Source: Phaeosaccion multiseriatum (Eukaryota > Protista > Ochrophyta, other classes). Taken from it: a stretch of DNA of 64,000 bases. The notes below the pieces were generated by a model. The model did not search any database and had not been told where the DNA came from. It saw nothing but the letters and a program-made list of their open reading frames with translations. Positions 59,700-64,000 of the stretch are shown one piece after another (position 1 is the first letter of the stretch; each line of letters opens with the position of its first letter). The stretch is taken from positions 434,001 through 498,000 of the forward strand of contig OZ218959.1 in NCBI GenBank assembly GCA_965112735.1, read 5' to 3'. Made by a program: the position numbers and the translations under genes.

Positions 59700-62600
59700 T
59701 CATAAGGGGAAGGGAAGGTCGCCGGCGGACGAGAGACCTTCCCCCCCGTGGTCCATCCCCCCGGGGTCCATCCCCCCGGGGTCCATGCCCAGGAGCCCCT
59801 CGTCCAACACTTCATCGAAGATGAGCGGCTCCGGGTCGAGGTCGTTGCACACAGCGCCCCTGCCCATATGCCTATCCCCATCCACTGCCATCCCCTCCCC
59901 CCCGCGCCCGTCTTGCCGCTCTGCGTAGCTGCCCTCCGTGCTGGCGCTGCTGTCGGCGGCTGCGGACTCCGAGTTGGCGAAGCCTTCAAAGGCGTCAATT
60001 TGCTCCTCTTCAGTGAGCAGGTACTCGTCCTCTGCGCTCACGTAACCCTCCACCTGCTGCTTGGGGCCGCCAACACAGCCGGTAGCCTCTGCGGTTGGTG
60101 ATACAGCAGGCAGAGACAGCCCTGCAGAACCCTCCCCTCGCGCCCCTTCGTGCCGCCCCCCGGGGTGCACCCCCGCCTGCCCCACCCCTAGCCCCGCCCC
60201 GGCTCCCACTCCTCTCGGCGAATGGTCCGAATGGTCCGAATGGTCCGAATGGTCCGAATGGTCCCCGAGGAGGACGATGGACTCCGGGTCGTCCTCCCGC
60301 TGCAGCAGAAAGTCCAAGGCTGGCGGAGAGATGGTCTTATCCTTCCCTCCCCCTCCTCGTGCTTCCCCATGCCGGTCTCCAAACCCGCCTCCCCCGCCCC
60401 CTCCTCCTCCTCCTCCTCCTCCTCCTCCTCCTCCTGACTCTCCTCTCCTCCCCTTTATATCTGTTTGTACTCCTGTTGGTACTCCAAGGGTCGCCAGCCC
60501 CAGCGCGTCCCCTCCCGTGTGCCCCGCATAGCCGTTAGTGCTGTGGCTCTGCCGCTGCTGACACGGTGGCGCGAAGCGCTCCTCCCCCTCCTGCCCCCCT
60601 GCCCCCCCTCTACCCGCCCCGAGCAGCGCCACACCTGCCCGCGCGTACCCTCCATGGGCAGCAGCAACAGCAACAGCACCGGTAGCACCGATAGCAGCAG
60701 CGGCAGCAGCGGCAGCAGGAGCCCGAGCAGCTAAGAGAGCTGCGGGAGGAACGGGGGCAACACCAGCACCAGCACCAGCACCAGTGGAGCCGGTACCGGC
60801 GTGGTGGTCGTCGTTGCCGTCGTCAGTGCAAGCAAAGCCCTCCTCGCTGAAAAGGGCCGAGCACGATGCGTCGTTGCGAGTGTTGAAGGACATGCACGCC
60901 TCCCCGAGTGACATTTCCATTTCCAGCGTCTCCTCTCCACCCTCACCCCCACCCTCACCGCCATCCCCCCCGCGGTCCGCCCTACCCTCCAGCGTGTCAT
61001 GTCCGTCGTCCACTTCCACGTCCACCCCGACCACTCCTCCCATGGTCGGCAGCTCCATGCTGTAGAGAAGGCCCTCCTCCCCGGAGGCAAGTACGTGCTC
61101 CGGCGGCGGCGGGGCGGTGTCGCACCTCAACACTTGAAGGGTGCCCCCCCCCGGGGAAAAGATGGGAGAAGGAGAAAGGCCCCTCAAGAGTGTGTGGTCC
61201 TCGTTCGCATTGTCCCCTTCTCCGGCGACGGGCTTGCTGTCGACGCCCCCCTGGGTGGTCCCTCCTCCCCCTTGATCCAGCGGGTGGGGCGACAGGTTGG
61301 ACAGGTTGGGGTGCGTACCGTAGCCCAATTCCTCTCCGAGTCGCAGCTCCAAGCCCCCCCCCTCTTGTTGTTCTAATTCCTGTTCTGATTCTTGTTCTTG
61401 TTGTTCCGTGGGCCCCGGAGGTCGAGGTCGGCACCTTCGAGCGGAGGATGTTCGGTGTGGAGGAGAGGGTCCCATGAGCGACAAGGACACTCTTGGTTGA
61501 TGAGGCTGGACTTGTTCACTACCACCAACAAGAGCCGCTGGAGCTGGAGACGCCTCTCCGTTTAGCGGCGAGGACGAGGATGAGTCTGCTTCGGAGGGCG
61601 GGAGGGATGGGGGAGGCATTGCTTGCGCCATTTGTGACTTGGAGAGGGAGAAGGAGTTGAGGCGGAGCTCGGAGGCAGGCTCTTCCAAGGATGCGTGCTC
61701 CATTTGTTGGCTCAGCTGCTTCATCAGGCTGGGGCAGGGGAGGAGGGGGAGAGGGCGAGCGACAGGGGAGCAGGGTAGCAGAGGGGGGGGGGGGGGCAGA
61801 GCACTGAGAAGAAGCAGCAGTTGGTGATACAGCAGCAGCAGAAACGACGGAAGGGGAGGGAGCGTGATGACGTGATGATGGCCAAACCCATGCTCACCTC
61901 TTCCTGGCTCCTTCACTGAGGAAGGAGAAGTACGGCAGAATGGATAGCGGATCATTCTTCACCTCCTTCACCACCCCCTCCCCCCCCCCCCCTCCGTCCT
62001 CGCCCTCGTCCATGGAAGGATGAGCCTGAGCTTGCCCTGCTTCCCCCTTCGCCGGAGCCACCGAGGGCGGCGGGTGCCCCTGTCCCTGTCCCTCCTCCTG
62101 CCCCTTCCCCTGTCCTTGTCCTTCTGTCCCCACGAGGTTCAATCCCCTGAGCTGCTCCGGCTCGGAGGCCGCGGTGGAGGCGGCGGCGGCCCTTGCCTTC
62201 TCCTTCAGTGCCTTCTCCTTCAGTGCCAGCTGCAGCCAAGAGAGAGGGGGGGCATGCAGTCATTCAGGCATTCAGTCCCGGGAAGGGGAGGGAAAAGCGG
62301 TCAGTTGGGATGGTAGCTCATAGTTGAGCTTCAGAGCTTCAGCTGTGAGGGGTTGGATGGAGAGATTAGATTGTCTTCTTGCTTTCGGTCAAGTTCACAC
62401 CCTCCCTCCCTCTCTCCTTCCTCCCTTCCCCCACTCCCTCCCTCCCTCCCTCCCTCCCCCTCTCCCCCTCTCCCTCACTCCCTCCCTCTCTCCCTCCCCC
62501 CCGGCTCCCCACTCACCTCCTTCGCAGCCGCCTTGGCCGCCGCCAACACCCCCCCTCCGTCCCCTGGCACGTGTGGCGCGTGGTCCCTGAACCATCGCTT

Positions 62601-63387
62601 GCGGGCGGACGAGTTCCAGCGGTTCTTGACGGAATTCTCGGTGCGCCCCTGCAGCAGCTTGGCGATGTCACACCAGCGGTTTCCGAACACTTGTTGCGCC
62701 TCGAACACGATCTGCAGACAGATACACACACGACAGGCGCAGAGTAAGGGCAGGGTAAGGGGCCGGGGGGGGGGGGTTGGTGGTACAGGAGGGGGGCAAA
62801 GGGTATTTATTACTTGCGCGTAGGAGTCGGTGCGGACACAGTCCACTCACTCCCTCACTACCCCACCCGTTTCCGCGCTGTGTTGTGCACCAAGGAGGAG
62901 CTGTGGTTGGCTTGGTTGGATTATCTATTTGCCCTCTTACTTCTTATCCTCCCCTCCCCTCCCCTCCCCTCCCCTCCCCTCCCCTCTCTTCCCCTCCGCA
63001 CCGACCTTGTCCTCCTCCGGCCCCCACTCGCCCCTCTTGATGGCCGGGTCGAGGTGATTAAACCAGCGCTCCCTACATTGCTTGCCGATCCTTCCGGGCA
63101 GCTTTGAGGCTATCTCGCTCCAGCGCACCCCCGCCACCCCCTTGAGGCGCACCTCCTCCCTCACCACCTCGTCCTCGGCACCGGTCCAGGGGCCCTTGTG
63201 TAAGCCGGGCTTGAGAACCTGTGGGGGAGGGGAGAGAGAGAGGTGGGTGGAGGGGTTTAACAGATGTGTGAAGGTTTCTTTAAAGGTTTATATTATACTT
63301 CGATGTAGTATGATGAAAGGTTTGTCTTGCCCGCTTTCTGTTATGGTATGCGATGTGCCAGGGAAAAGTGGAGAAAAGAGAGAGAGA

Positions 63388-63418
<31 letters not shown>

Positions 63419-64000
63419 CTTCTCTTTTCTCCACACCCATTCATTCCTCATCTCAGCGCAGAGCAGAGCAGAGTAGAGAGAATAGAAAGAGGCAGAGAGA
63501 GGGCAGAGCAGAGGGGGACACATAAAGAAGTGCAGAGAGGGGCAGAGAAAGGGCAAAGCAGAGAGGGGCAGACAGAAGAGAAGAGAGAAGAGAGGGACAG
63601 AGGGGCAGACAGAAGAGCAGAGGGGGGGCTGCTCTGGACCTCCCTCCCCCCCTCCCTCCCCACCAACTGACCTACCTTGTTCCATCTGTGCAGACACTGC
63701 ACATCACTGCGCGTGTGTCCCAGCTGCTCCGCGATGCTCTTCCAATTCTTGGGCCCCATCCTTTCGACAATGTCGCGCAGCTGTTGGTCCTCCTCAGGGC
63801 CCCACTTGCCCCCGGTGGGCTGCTTGCGGGGGTTCCGCGGTTTGATGGCTGCGATCATCAAGGCCGCCGCGTCTGCCACTCCCGTTGGTGCTCCCACCGC
63901 CCCCCCCACCCCCCCGTTCGAGCCATCTGTGGTCCTGACACCCCCTCCCTCGCCCGTTCCGTTGCTGGCTGCTTGAGCTTGGGCCTCTGCTGCTCTTAGC
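59700..64000 (-). CDS. MYB3R: Three-repeat MYB (R1R2R3) transcription factor, 5' end beyond window
   Basis: R1 KWGPEEDQQL..KNWKSIA..RSDVQCLHRWNK; R2 VLKPGLHKGPWTGAED..RWSEIASKLPGRIGKQCRERWFNHLDP; R3 EWGPEED/IVFEAQQVFGNRWCDIAKLLQGRTENSVKNRWNS; long disordered C-terminal exon ending at 59700. Confidence 0.95.

Overview
Gene-dense, intron-rich eukaryotic nuclear DNA, not prokaryotic. A bipartite plastid-targeting presequence, a flagellar outer-arm dynein light chain and a pyruvate kinase with a mitochondrial-type presequence point to a flagellated photosynthetic stramenopile (inference). About 19 protein-coding loci were assembled by hand from GT-AG spliced exons: two unknown minus-strand genes, pyruvate kinase, two tandem intronless PPR-SMR genes, a TPX2-like protein, a myristoylated DOT1-like methyltransferase, a Cys-type deiodinase-like protein, eIF4A-III, a plastid DUF1118-like protein, Pus10, an ABM-like protein, two tandem ankyrin-like/polyQ paralogs (plus a truncated third copy), dynein LC4, coilin, a CAP/PR-1 protein, a BAR-PH-ArfGAP-ANK protein and a 3R-MYB. 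Introns are full of microsatellites, which explains most spurious ORFs. The best candidate for an undescribed system is the PPR-SMR pair (11302-15816). Near-identical 105-bp repeats are fused to an SMR nuclease-type domain. The repeats toggle their two RNA-specifying residues by single G/A transitions and are reshuffled between the paralogs, like a TALE-style, recombination-reprogrammed organellar RNA nuclease. Other notable items are a hypervariable ankyrin-like surface in the second tandem duplication, a 16-bp intronic motif whose orientation follows splice-site position, and a CACTA-like palindromic element. Exon boundaries and family assignments come from motif recognition, not database searches.
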